A DNA stretch of 64,000 bases from positions 76,078 through 140,077 of the forward strand of contig JAGBLL010000036.1 in assembly GCA_017635465.1 (NCBI GenBank), read 5' to 3'. Position numbers and translations under genes: made by a program. Source of the stretch: Bacilli bacterium (lineage in GTDB: Bacteria > Bacillota_I > Bacilli_A > RFN20 > CAG-826). The notes beneath the pieces were generated by a model. It was not told where the DNA came from and ran no database searches. It saw nothing but the letters and a program-made list of their open reading frames with translations. Shown here piece by piece: positions 29,410-38,821 of this stretch; positions within the stretch are counted from its first letter, which is position 1; every line of letters starts with the position of its first letter.

Positions 29410-31017
29410 ATGAAAAAGAAATTATTATTTCCTTTAGTAGCGGCTTCCTTATTAGTCCTTGGTGCTTGTAATAAACCTGCTGATGCATCTACACCTGCGG
29501 GATCAAGCGAGCCAACTCAAGAAACTGCTAGAAAAATATTAAAAGCCTCCTTATCAAAAGAAGTTGTTGAAGCGGGTGTTAAATCCCAAGTCGTTACTGA
29601 TGTTGAAGGCGTGACCTATCGCAGCAGTAATGAAGATATCGCCACAGTTGATAAAGATGGTGTTATCAGAACAGATGAGCCAGGCATGGCTTATATTACA
29701 GTCAGCAAAGAAGGCTATTTTGATAGAGTGCTCAAAATATTCGTTGATGAATATGAAACACTCGACTACTTAGTGGAAGGTTTCGAATTCGGCCCTGCTA
29801 TTACTGGTATCAAATTAAACTTCCCAGAAAAAGTTAAAGCTTCTGATTTACAAGGCAAACAATTTGTTGTCAAAACAAATAGAAGCAATCGTACAGTTAC
29901 CGCTGTTAATTTATGTGACCAAGAAGGTCAAATCATCGACGCTACTGAATCACATTATGTCCGCCTTTCATTAGAAATGCGTTACAGTGGTTGGGGTCCA
30001 GCGGATGGTGCTTCTCCATTCACATATGCTAATAATGTTAATAACTGGACACCTAATATGACATTTGAAGCCGCTTTAGCTAGTGGTCAAACACTTACAG
30101 TTGGCTCAGAAACATATGATAGTTCATTCAAATTCAATGTTGTGAGATCAAGAATCTCCTTATCCACAAGAGATTGGGGCGAAGCTAAATCACATACCGC
30201 TGAAGGATATACCTTAACTTATAAGGAATATCAAACAGATGCATTAAGAGAAGACGGTGTCTTAAATCCATTGGTCATCTGGTTGCATGGTATGGGTGAA
30301 GGTGGTACAGATCCAGATATCGCTTTATTAGGTAATGATGTTACTGCTTTAGGCGAGCAAAAGATTCAATCCCACTTCATTAAAGGCCAACAAAAAGGCG
30401 CTTATGTACTTGCCGCTCAAACACCAACAATGTGGATGAATAGTGGTACAGGTGGTAATAATGGTGGCGTTGGTCACTCCATCTACACAAAAACATTAAA
30501 GTCATTAATTGATAACTACATTAAAGAAAACGGTGATATCGATACAAAGCGTATTTATGTCGGTGGCTGTTCCAATGGTGGATATATGACTATGGAAATG
30601 GCAGTGACATATGGTAACTTCTTCAGAGCGTTCTATCCATGCTGCGAAGCATATAGTGATTCATTCGTTACTGATGAAGATATCCAAAAATTAAAAGATT
30701 TACCAATTTGGTTTATCCACGCTGCTAACGATACGACAGTTAATCCAAAGAACTTCGTTATCCCAACATATCAAAGATTAGCTGATGCTGGTGCTAAAGA
30801 CTTACACTTCTCATATTTCACAGACGTGAGAGGCACTGATGGCAATCCACAAGGCAATAACTATCAAGGTCACTATTCATGGATTTATATCTTCCGTGAT
30901 GAAGTTGCCTTAGATCAAAAAGACCCAGCCAATGTTGCCGCACCTTCAACAGAAGTTGTTAAAGATGCTCAAGGCAATACAGTCAATTTATTTGACTGGA
31001 TGGAGTCAATGAAATAG
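29410..31017 (+). CDS. Lipoprotein alpha/beta-hydrolase (esterase) with Big_2 and esterase Ig-like domains
   Basis: Lipobox LGAC; LVIWLHGMGEGG oxyanion motif; nucleophile elbow GCSNGG; IHAANDTTV and GHYSW supply candidate triad Asp and His. Confidence 0.8.
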   Translation: MKKKLLFPLVAASLLVLGACNKPADASTPAGSSEPTQETARKILKASLSKEVVEAGVKSQVVTDVEGVTYRSSNEDIATVDKDGVIRTDEPGMAYITVSKEGYFDRVLKIFVDEYETLDYLVEGFEFGPAITGIKLNFPEKVKASDLQGKQFVVKTNRSNRTVTAVNLCDQEGQIIDATESHYVRLSLEMRYSGWGPADGASPFTYANNVNNWTPNMTFEAALASGQTLTVGSETYDSSFKFNVVRSRISLSTRDWGEAKSHTAEGYTLTYKEYQTDALREDGVLNPLVIWLHGMGEGGTDPDIALLGNDVTALGEQKIQSHFIKGQQKGAYVLAAQTPTMWMNSGTGGNNGGVGHSIYTKTLKSLIDNYIKENGDIDTKRIYVGGCSNGGYMTMEMAVTYGNFFRAFYPCCEAYSDSFVTDEDIQKLKDLPIWFIHAANDTTVNPKNFVIPTYQRLADAGAKDLHFSYFTDVRGTDGNPQGNNYQGHYSWIYIFRDEVALDQKDPANVAAPSTEVVKDAQGNTVNLFDWMESMK

Positions 31018-31045
31018 GTACCTAGATTTTTCAAAAAATCTTTGT

Positions 31046-31098
31046 ATAAAATTCCTTTCTGTAGAAGGGGCGCAGCGCTTGAGCGCCCCTTTTATTTT
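31046..31098 (+). terminator. 3' element copy B: anti-SD tract plus GC hairpin terminator
   Basis: ataaaattcctttct then aggggcgc ... gcgcccct-tttatttt. Confidence 0.75.
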
Positions 31099-31130
31099 GT
31101 CCCAGCAATTGTAGTTTTTATCCCAAGCGT
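31095..31130 (+). promoter_or_regulatory. Candidate LytTR box (type 2) upstream of TCS-2
   Basis: ttttgTCCCA (core 31100) and ttttaTCCCA (core 31121), 21-bp period, ahead of TATAAT at 31152. Confidence 0.55.
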
Positions 31131-31175
31131 GTAGGTTTTAATAATATTTTGTATAATATAAGAGCATAAAGAAAT

Positions 31176-32546
31176 ATGGGCCCTTTAGATTTTGGACAAG
31201 CATTTAGCTTTTACTATCAACGCGTATTAGATTTAACAGTGTATTTAGCGTTTTTCTTTTTAAGTGTTGGTTTGTGCATTTTGATTTGGCCTAAAGAATG
31301 GAATAAGAAAAGTATTATCAAACTTATTTGCGTGTTTGTTGGTAGTTATATCACATGCATCTTGTTCTCGTCTTTGATATTCGCTGCAGTTAGACAAATA
31401 CCTGATCAGCATATTTCTCAAATTGCATACGCTTTTACATTACCGCTTATCATCTTGGCATTCACTTTGATATTTATGCGTAAAGGAAGAGCGATTCATA
31501 GAACAATTAAGGCTATTATCTTGATTTCTTCTATTGCGGTTGTGGAAGTTCTTTCTAAAAACACTGGTTTCTTCTTTGGAATCATCGCTAATGATGTTTT
31601 CATTATTGTTGCTTTAGCTAGATCGCTTCCGTTTGTGCTATTCACATGCGTTTGTTTCTTGCTTCATAAAATTGATATTAATAGATACCGTAACTTATCT
31701 AATGAAATGGTTATAATCATTTCCGTTTTATCCGCTTTATTAGTAACTGCGAGTATCTACGAACAAGCTATTACTACACAAGAAACCGCTACTGTGGCGC
31801 TTCTTTCCTTGTTAGATATTGTTTTGCTATTTGTTCTTAACTTCTCATATTATGCAACATATAAGAATATTGAACATCGTCATAAAATTACTAATCTTGA
31901 AGTTCAAAAGACTTTAGAGGATGCAGAGCGAATGTCTATCGCTATTGACCAAACAAATAGAGAAGAATTGGAAAAACTAAGACATGATATTAAGAACCAA
32001 TTCTCCTATGTTGATATTATGCTTCAACAAGGGCAAAACGAAGAAGCAAAGAAATATATTGAAGATTATATAAACAACAATAATCCTATTCTTCATTCAT
32101 TCTCCTGCTCTAATAACGTTATTAACTCAATCATTAATTTGGAGTTAACTAAGGCTAAGATTAAAAATATTAAGATTGATGTTAAAGTAGTGGTACCACC
32201 TGCTCTACCATTTAAAGATATTGATTTAGTTAGTTTACTAACCAACATGATTGATAATGCTTTAGAAAACTATTATTCAGAAGATAAAGACACAATTACT
32301 GTGCGTATTATGAAGCAAAACGATTTTATTCGTTTCATTGTTTCTAATCCAATCAATATTGAGAAAATTAATCTCCGTAGTCTCACTAAAACAAGTAAGG
32401 CTGGCAGAGGTCATGGTTATGGCACAAAAATCATTAAAAATATTGCGGACGCATATAAAGGATATGTTGATTTCAGTGTCGAGAATAATAGATTTGTCTG
32501 CGACGCTGTTTTAAATTTAAATGTTAAGGAGCAAATGGATGATTAA
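31176..32546 (+). CDS. Membrane histidine kinase 2 (AgrC-like GHKL)
   Basis: Multi-TM N-terminus; LRHDIKN, NMIDNALE and GHGYGTKII motifs. Confidence 0.9.
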   Translation: MGPLDFGQAFSFYYQRVLDLTVYLAFFFLSVGLCILIWPKEWNKKSIIKLICVFVGSYITCILFSSLIFAAVRQIPDQHISQIAYAFTLPLIILAFTLIFMRKGRAIHRTIKAIILISSIAVVEVLSKNTGFFFGIIANDVFIIVALARSLPFVLFTCVCFLLHKIDINRYRNLSNEMVIIISVLSALLVTASIYEQAITTQETATVALLSLLDIVLLFVLNFSYYATYKNIEHRHKITNLEVQKTLEDAERMSIAIDQTNREELEKLRHDIKNQFSYVDIMLQQGQNEEAKKYIEDYINNNNPILHSFSCSNNVINSIINLELTKAKIKNIKIDVKVVVPPALPFKDIDLVSLLTNMIDNALENYYSEDKDTITVRIMKQNDFIRFIVSNPINIEKINLRSLTKTSKAGRGHGYGTKIIKNIADAYKGYVDFSVENNRFVCDAVLNLNVKEQMDD

Positions 32547-33273
32547 GATTGCAATTCTTGATGACGATAAGACAGCGCTAATGATCTCCACAAGTGCAGT
32601 GGAAGCTTTCTTGAAAGAAAAGAATGCGGAATATCGTTTGTTTTCTTTTTCTAATCCTTTAAACTTCCTTGCCAGTGCGAAAGAAGAAAAGTTTGATTTA
32701 TCATTTCTGGACATTGATATGCCTGAAATGAATGGTTTGAGCGTCGCTAATGAGTTAACAACTATTTCTAAAGATGGACAGATTATTTTCTTATCGCAAA
32801 GAGAGGATTTGGTCTTTGAATGCCTTAAGTTCCATCCATTTGGCTTTATTCGTAAATCAAAACTCATTGATGACTTCTCGTTAATGATGAATCAATATTT
32901 CCAAACCATTTCTAATAATGAAAGCAACGAAGCAAAAATTGACTTCTTCGATAAGACAAAGACATTCTCATTCAAGATTAAGGAAATTGTTTATATTGAG
33001 GGCGATAGAAACTATCAAAAAGTTGTACTTAAAGACAAGACCTCACAAAACGTACGCGTGCCTCTGGTTACATTAGAAGATAAGTTACGCGAGTACGGAT
33101 TCTTAAGAATACATAAAGGATATCTAGTTAATTATTTATATATACGTAGTATTGAGAGTGAAGAAGTTTATTTGACCACTGGTATTTCTTTACCAATGGC
33201 CAAGAAAAGAAAAGAAGAAATAATGAAACAATACCTCGCAATTTCTCGTAAAAACAGTGCGGTTATTATCTAG
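32539..33273 (+). CDS. LytTR-family response regulator 2
   Basis: ILDDD, FLDIDMP and FLRIHKGYLVN motifs; start at ATG 32539 behind aaggag. Confidence 0.92.
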   Translation: MIKIAILDDDKTALMISTSAVEAFLKEKNAEYRLFSFSNPLNFLASAKEEKFDLSFLDIDMPEMNGLSVANELTTISKDGQIIFLSQREDLVFECLKFHPFGFIRKSKLIDDFSLMMNQYFQTISNNESNEAKIDFFDKTKTFSFKIKEIVYIEGDRNYQKVVLKDKTSQNVRVPLVTLEDKLREYGFLRIHKGYLVNYLYIRSIESEEVYLTTGISLPMAKKRKEEIMKQYLAISRKNSAVII

Positions 33274-33276
33274 AAT

Positions 33277-33348
33277 TTCATCACAAAAATAAACCATTAT
33301 GTCCCTCGCAGGCATTTTTTTATCTCTTTTTTCATGCTTTGTGACCCT
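33277..33348 (+). promoter_or_regulatory. Candidate LytTR box array (type 2): four degenerate copies with 21-bp period
   Basis: ttcaTCAC (core 33281), tatgTCCC (33302), tttaTCTC (33323), tgtgACCC (33344). Confidence 0.45.
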
Positions 33349-33424
33349 TACAAATTTTCTTTCTTAGTAATTCTTCTATATTGCTTACGACTGAAGTTCA
33401 AACTTCAAAAATAGGAGGAAATCT

Positions 33425-35050
33425 ATGAAAGTTTCTAACAAACTAGCTTTACTTGCTTTAACCGTTGTCGGTTCATTCGGCATGGGCGGTTGTAAGAGTA
33501 ACGCTAAAATGCCAGTGAACTTCGTTGCCGTTACTTCCAGTACATATAATGCGGAAGTCCAATTTGGTGACTATGATTACAAGTTCCAAGGCAAAATCAA
33601 TCAAGGTAACAACAAATTCACCCTTGCTGGTACAGCAGTCGCTCGTCACGCAACTTCAAGTGGTGGTCAAGGTGGTGGCTTCCCAGGTGGTGGCTTCCCA
33701 GGTGGTGGCCCAGGAGGAAGTTCCAGCGGTCCAACTTTTGAAGGTTGGGGTGTTGAAGAACAACAAGGTGGCCAAGAACAACAAGGTGGCGGTGGCTTCC
33801 CAGGTGGAGGCGAACAAGGCGGTCAACAAGGTGGCCAAGAACAACCCGGTGGAGGTGGTTTCCCAGGTGGAGGCGGTTTCCCAGGTGGCGGAGAACAACA
33901 AGGCGGTCAAGGTGGTGAACAGCAACAAGAAGTTGCTCCAACAGCCTTAACACTCACTCTCAGTGCGGAACAAGCATTTATTAATCAATCTGTCACTGCG
34001 ACAGTCGGTGTTGAACCAGAAAACGCTTCTAAAAATGTTAAATGGACATCTTCTGATGAAAAAGTTGCTACAGTTAACAATGGTACAATCTCTCCATTAG
34101 CCGAAGGCGAAGTAACAATCACTGCTGCAAGCACAGTGGATGAAAGCAAAACAGCTTCCGCAAAATTAAAAGTCGTTAAAGAAAACCTCGAACAATACAA
34201 TTGGGCCGTTTCTGGCACATACGTATATGAAAAAGGCTATGGATACAAAATAACATTCGATGATGAAAACAAGACAGTCGTTCACACCGACTTCGATAAA
34301 ACAGAAGGTCGTCATAGTTTCTTCTATGATGTCAAGATCGGTGAAACATCATCCACAATTCAATTCCAAGCTAAAGATCCAACATTCAAAGATTCCTTAG
34401 CGAAAGATTATAAGAAATGGGATGAAAGAGACTCCAAGTACATCTTCTATGCAAAGGCTACTGGTAATAACAACAGTGTCGCTACTGCATATATGTACCT
34501 ACATGATTCCGATAAATCGGTCGTTCTCAATACACCAAGCGGTGCGAATAGAAATATCTCGTTTGGTATGACTTGGGAAGAAAAAGACGGTGTTATTACC
34601 GTTCATGATGGTGATAAAGACTATGTCGCTGATAAATCAGTCAATACAGAACATCCAGGTTATAGACTTGTCTATAGTGGCAATACTTACTACTGCTCAC
34701 TCAATCCTGACTTCAAATGGAAGAAATTTGTAACCGCTGACTTCGAAGGTGCAAATACTCACGAATTCGTCGGTTCCTATACAACATCTGGCCCAGATGG
34801 TGGCACAAAAGAAGTCAACCTCAACTTAGTCGAAGATGGCAAAGCCAAATTATATCTTGGTAGTTCCACAGCTTCCTTTGTTGGTAGTTGGACAAAAGAT
34901 TCTGCTAATAAGTTATCTATCACATTAGATGACAAGAAAGCAGAATTTACACCAAATGCTGAAGGCAAATACGATATTACTATTAGAGTTTCTGTTTCTA
35001 GCTTCTTTGGTAGTTCAACACAAGTAATTGTGTTCTCACAAGTTAAATAA
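33425..35050 (+). CDS. Lipoprotein of unknown function with Gly/Gln-rich insert and a Big_2 domain
   Basis: Signal peptide ending MGGC; GGFPGG/EQQ repeats; Big_2 (VKWTSSDEKVATVNNGTI); beta-rich remainder; aggagg SD. Confidence 0.75.
   Translation: MKVSNKLALLALTVVGSFGMGGCKSNAKMPVNFVAVTSSTYNAEVQFGDYDYKFQGKINQGNNKFTLAGTAVARHATSSGGQGGGFPGGGFPGGGPGGSSSGPTFEGWGVEEQQGGQEQQGGGGFPGGGEQGGQQGGQEQPGGGGFPGGGGFPGGGEQQGGQGGEQQQEVAPTALTLTLSAEQAFINQSVTATVGVEPENASKNVKWTSSDEKVATVNNGTISPLAEGEVTITAASTVDESKTASAKLKVVKENLEQYNWAVSGTYVYEKGYGYKITFDDENKTVVHTDFDKTEGRHSFFYDVKIGETSSTIQFQAKDPTFKDSLAKDYKKWDERDSKYIFYAKATGNNNSVATAYMYLHDSDKSVVLNTPSGANRNISFGMTWEEKDGVITVHDGDKDYVADKSVNTEHPGYRLVYSGNTYYCSLNPDFKWKKFVTADFEGANTHEFVGSYTTSGPDGGTKEVNLNLVEDGKAKLYLGSSTASFVGSWTKDSANKLSITLDDKKAEFTPNAEGKYDITIRVSVSSFFGSSTQVIVFSQVK
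33658..33930 (+). repeat. Coding low-complexity repeat (five GGFPGG motifs interleaved with EQQGG)
   Basis: Repeated ggtggcttcccaggtgg and gaacaacaaggtgg units. Confidence 0.9.
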
Positions 35051-35061
35051 GGAGAATAAAC

Positions 35062-38000
35062 ATGGAAAACGAAAATAAAGTCTTAAAAGTCTTAAAACCA
35101 ACAGTACGTGTTTTAACTCTTATCTCTATTGCCTTAGGTTTAGTGGCTATTGCTGTCTTAGTGTTATTCAACTTCTCAGACGTCTTTACCATCTATACCG
35201 ATGATGGCACAAAATACGCAGATGGCTTTTCTTATCCAGGCTATCAAGCTATCTTCTCTGGTTTCGGTAACATGATTATTCAAGGTTACACAGAAGCTAC
35301 ATTCAACATTTGGACATTCTTAGGATGTTTCTTACCATTAATTGGTTGCATCGTTGCTTGTATTATACTCTCAACAAACTTCTTAAGAAGAGGCACAAAT
35401 AAAAAGAAAGCAATCGTAGAAGGCGTTGTCGCAGTTTGCTTAATCTTCGGTGCATTTATCCTCTTGAACGTTGATAAATTATGGATCGAAAATGCTAAAC
35501 ACGTGACTGGTTCTTACACTAATTATTACGAAGCATACTTATTACCTGCAATTAATGGTGAATTATACTTCGGTAGAGATTACTTCCCAGTCGTCACATT
35601 CGTCGTCTGCTTAGTGGTCGGTATCATCAAAGCTATTAACTGTGGCTTACTCTTGTTCCAAAAGTACTACGCTAGAAAAGTTAATAAACAAAACGTCGAA
35701 ATCAGCAAACAGGAGGAGACGGACATGAAAGCAAAAAACAGAAGAATTACATATTTAGCCGTTACAGGCATAGCGGTCCTTGCCATCTTAGGTGGCGCGA
35801 CAATCGCCGCAAACATGCAAGCTAATAACTTAGACTTATTGCTTGGTCGTGGTAAACAACACACAAACGACAACAGTGCTTTAAGTGGTAATTACATTGA
35901 TTTCAAATTTGATAATCAAGATGATGCCTTAAAGAATGCTCAGAGAATGACACAATTAACCGCGGAAGAAGGTATGACGTTATTAAAGAATAAAGATAAT
36001 GCTCTTCCACTTGCCGCTAATGAAGGTGTTACTGTCTTAGGCTATTACTCCTGGCACAACAATATGTCTGGTGGTGAAGATCCAGCTACCACAAGTGGTG
36101 CAGTCTCTCTCGCCAACGGCATTGAACAAGATGCAGCTATCCCATTCAATGCCGCGACAAAACAAGCATACGCTAATGCAAGTGGTGACTTCTCTGAACC
36201 AGCCACAGCTTTAGCCAGTGTGGAATCAACATTCGCTCAATACCCAACCGCAGTTATCACATTAAAGAGAAATTCCGGTGAAGGTAATGATCAATCTTTA
36301 AATCAAGGTGCTTCTGAACAAAATAGAAGTGGTCTTGTCATCACAAACGCTGAATTAAAACTCATCGATTACGCTTGTAAGAAATTCAACAAAGTTATCA
36401 TCGTTATCAACTCTGCTAATGCGATGGAATTAGGTTGGTTACAAGAAAACGATCCACATATGAACAATGGTATCTATACTGATCCATATACCAATCAACA
36501 ATATGACTTCAGCAAAGTTAAAGCCGCTATTTGGGCAGGCTGCTGTGGTTCACAAGGTGGTGTGGCATTAGCCAATATCTTAAAAGGTTCTGTTAACCCA
36601 TCCGGTCACCTCGTTGATACATATGTTCGTGATTTAAGAAACGATCCAACATATAAGAATTTTGGTTCCTATGTCTATAGCAACTCTGACGAACTCAATT
36701 CATACCAAGACGAAACATTCTTCGTTGAATATGAAGAAGGTATCTATGTCGGTTATAGATATTACGAAACAGCGTATAAAGAAGCAAAAGATGGCAACTA
36801 TGCTGGCTTTGATTACGCTAGAGAAGTTGTTTATCCATTCGGTTATGGTTTAAGTTACACAACATTCTCACAAAAATACGTCGGTACACCAAGTTTTGAT
36901 GCTAAGACAAACGAATACACATTCCAAGTCAAAGTGACAAATACTGGTACAGTTGCTGGTAAAGGTGTTGCTCAGATTTATGTGAACGCTCCATATACCG
37001 CTGAAAACAAAACAAACCATGTTGAAAAAGCACATGTCGTCTTAGCAGGCTTTGGCAAAACTGAAGTTTTAGCCGCTGGTGCTTCTGAAACATTGACAAT
37101 CAAAGTTAATAGAGACTATTTCACAAGTTACGATTATCAAGTTGAAAAAGCTTATTTATTAGACGCTGATGAATACAAGTTCTACTTATCCGATAACTCC
37201 CATTCTTGGGCGGAAATCGATGAATTAACAACTGGTAAAGAAAAAGTCTTATGGACTGATACACTTGCTAAGAAAGTTGTCTTTAAAGAAGGCAAAGATG
37301 GTAAGCGTCCAACCGACTTATCAGTCGCTGTTAATAAAGAAGATGATGAATTAAATTATCACTTCAAGAATTATGGTGGCGAACACGATCATGGTGAAGG
37401 CTTTGCCATCAACTTTACAAGAACAGATTTTGCTAAATCATTCCCACAATCTCCACGTGATGAAGATATGGAATTAACTGATGCAAGAGCATTAGAACAA
37501 GTTGCAAAATATGATGTTTGGGCGGAAAAGAACAACCCAATTACTGAAATGCCAACAGTTAATACTGACCCAACAAGTTACACGCTCGCTTCTATGAGAG
37601 GTGTTGATTGGGATGATCCAAAATGGGATGACTATATGAATCAATTCACCAAAGCCAAAATGGTGGAAATGGTCACCAATGGTGGTTGGAATGAAAAAGC
37701 CGATCCTGAAAATGGTGTCCCAGAATCATATGATGCTGACTCCCCATATGGATACTACGCTGCTGCGTTATCAATCAAGAACATTAATAAGTGGTATTGT
37801 GGCGACCCAATGGTTGCAGCTACATTCAATGAAAAACTCGCTAGAGAATTAGGCGAAGCCTTCGGTGAAGAAGCTCATGCTAACTACTTAGCCGGTGGTT
37901 CCTTAATTACAGGTATCTACGGTTATGGTCTCAATATGCATAGATCAGCCTTCTGTGGTAGAAATTATGAATATTATTCAGAAGATGGCATTTTAGCCGG

Positions 38001-38730
38001 TAAGATGGCCGCTGCTGAAGCAGGTGGCGCTTCCGAAAAAGGCTTAATCGTCTTCATGAAACACTATGCCTTAAACGATCAAGAAACAAACCGTCAAAAG
38101 AATGGTTACTGTGCCTGGGTTAATGAACAAGCTTTCCGTGAAGTCTACCTCAAAGGTTGGGAACTTTATATGAAAGAAGCCAAGATGACAGTTAGATACT
38201 ATGCTCAAGAAGGCGAAGTTCTTGCTTCCAAATTATCTGAAAAGACAATGTCTGCTGCTACAGGCATCATGACTTGCTATAACAGAATTGGTGCTACATG
38301 GGGTGGTGCTTCCGTCTCCTTACATGGTATCTTACGTGACGAATTCGGTTTCACAGGTACTGCTATTACAGATGCTGGTGGTCAAAAGAATACATATATG
38401 ACTTCTGACTTCATGCTTAGAAGAGGTGGCCACTTAACATTAACAAATAATGGTACTGATGGCTTATATGACACATCCTCTCCAACTGCAGTCTATTACC
38501 TTAAAGATGCAACAAAGCATATCTTATTCAACAAGGCTAATAGTAACTGTGTCCAAGGTATTTCACCAAGTGCTTCCATTTGGTACGAAATGAGTCCATG
38601 GAAAGGTGGCTTCATCGCTGCTTGGATTATCGTTGGTGTTCTTGCCTTAGCTGATGCAGCCGTCATTACACTCATTGCCCTTAACAAGATTAGTGTTAAG
38701 GAAAGAAAAGAACCAGAAGAAGAATATTGA
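35062..38730 (+). CDS. In-frame fusion: ~216-aa four-TM membrane protein plus GH3 beta-glycosidase 3 (own start at 35725)
   Basis: Single 1222-aa ORF with an internal AGGAGGAG SD and ATG at 35725. The GH3 part has permuted order, MKHY, AITDA, and N- and C-terminal TM helices. Confidence 0.85.
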   Translation: MENENKVLKVLKPTVRVLTLISIALGLVAIAVLVLFNFSDVFTIYTDDGTKYADGFSYPGYQAIFSGFGNMIIQGYTEATFNIWTFLGCFLPLIGCIVACIILSTNFLRRGTNKKKAIVEGVVAVCLIFGAFILLNVDKLWIENAKHVTGSYTNYYEAYLLPAINGELYFGRDYFPVVTFVVCLVVGIIKAINCGLLLFQKYYARKVNKQNVEISKQEETDMKAKNRRITYLAVTGIAVLAILGGATIAANMQANNLDLLLGRGKQHTNDNSALSGNYIDFKFDNQDDALKNAQRMTQLTAEEGMTLLKNKDNALPLAANEGVTVLGYYSWHNNMSGGEDPATTSGAVSLANGIEQDAAIPFNAATKQAYANASGDFSEPATALASVESTFAQYPTAVITLKRNSGEGNDQSLNQGASEQNRSGLVITNAELKLIDYACKKFNKVIIVINSANAMELGWLQENDPHMNNGIYTDPYTNQQYDFSKVKAAIWAGCCGSQGGVALANILKGSVNPSGHLVDTYVRDLRNDPTYKNFGSYVYSNSDELNSYQDETFFVEYEEGIYVGYRYYETAYKEAKDGNYAGFDYAREVVYPFGYGLSYTTFSQKYVGTPSFDAKTNEYTFQVKVTNTGTVAGKGVAQIYVNAPYTAENKTNHVEKAHVVLAGFGKTEVLAAGASETLTIKVNRDYFTSYDYQVEKAYLLDADEYKFYLSDNSHSWAEIDELTTGKEKVLWTDTLAKKVVFKEGKDGKRPTDLSVAVNKEDDELNYHFKNYGGEHDHGEGFAINFTRTDFAKSFPQSPRDEDMELTDARALEQVAKYDVWAEKNNPITEMPTVNTDPTSYTLASMRGVDWDDPKWDDYMNQFTKAKMVEMVTNGGWNEKADPENGVPESYDADSPYGYYAAALSIKNINKWYCGDPMVAATFNEKLARELGEAFGEEAHANYLAGGSLITGIYGYGLNMHRSAFCGRNYEYYSEDGILAGKMAAAEAGGASEKGLIVFMKHYALNDQETNRQKNGYCAWVNEQAFREVYLKGWELYMKEAKMTVRYYAQEGEVLASKLSEKTMSAATGIMTCYNRIGATWGGASVSLHGILRDEFGFTGTAITDAGGQKNTYMTSDFMLRRGGHLTLTNNGTDGLYDTSSPTAVYYLKDATKHILFNKANSNCVQGISPSASIWYEMSPWKGGFIAAWIIVGVLALADAAVITLIALNKISVKERKEPEEEY

Positions 38731-38740
38731 TAGAAAACTT

Positions 38741-38787
38741 CATAAAATTCCTTTCTCGTGAAAGGGGCGCTCAATGCGCCCTTTTCA
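38741..38787. terminator. 3' element copy C: anti-SD tract plus hairpin, possibly bidirectional with tetR
   Basis: cataaaattcctttctc then tgaaaggggcgc-tcaat-gcgcccttttca, between convergent genes. Confidence 0.75.
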
Positions 38788-38821
38788 TTAAGAAAAACTT
38801 CTCAGCCATATAAACGAGAAG

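Noticed and set aside
33525-33953. Repetitive shadow ORFs and a possible CRISPR-like array
   Set aside because: The repeats are in-frame codon repeats of the Gly/Gln tract with no unique spacers, and no cas genes are present.
35710-35712. Alternative genetic code or programmed stop recoding explaining the fusion
   Set aside because: TAA, TAG and TGA all terminate genes normally in this window, and the junction codon is a plain CAG.
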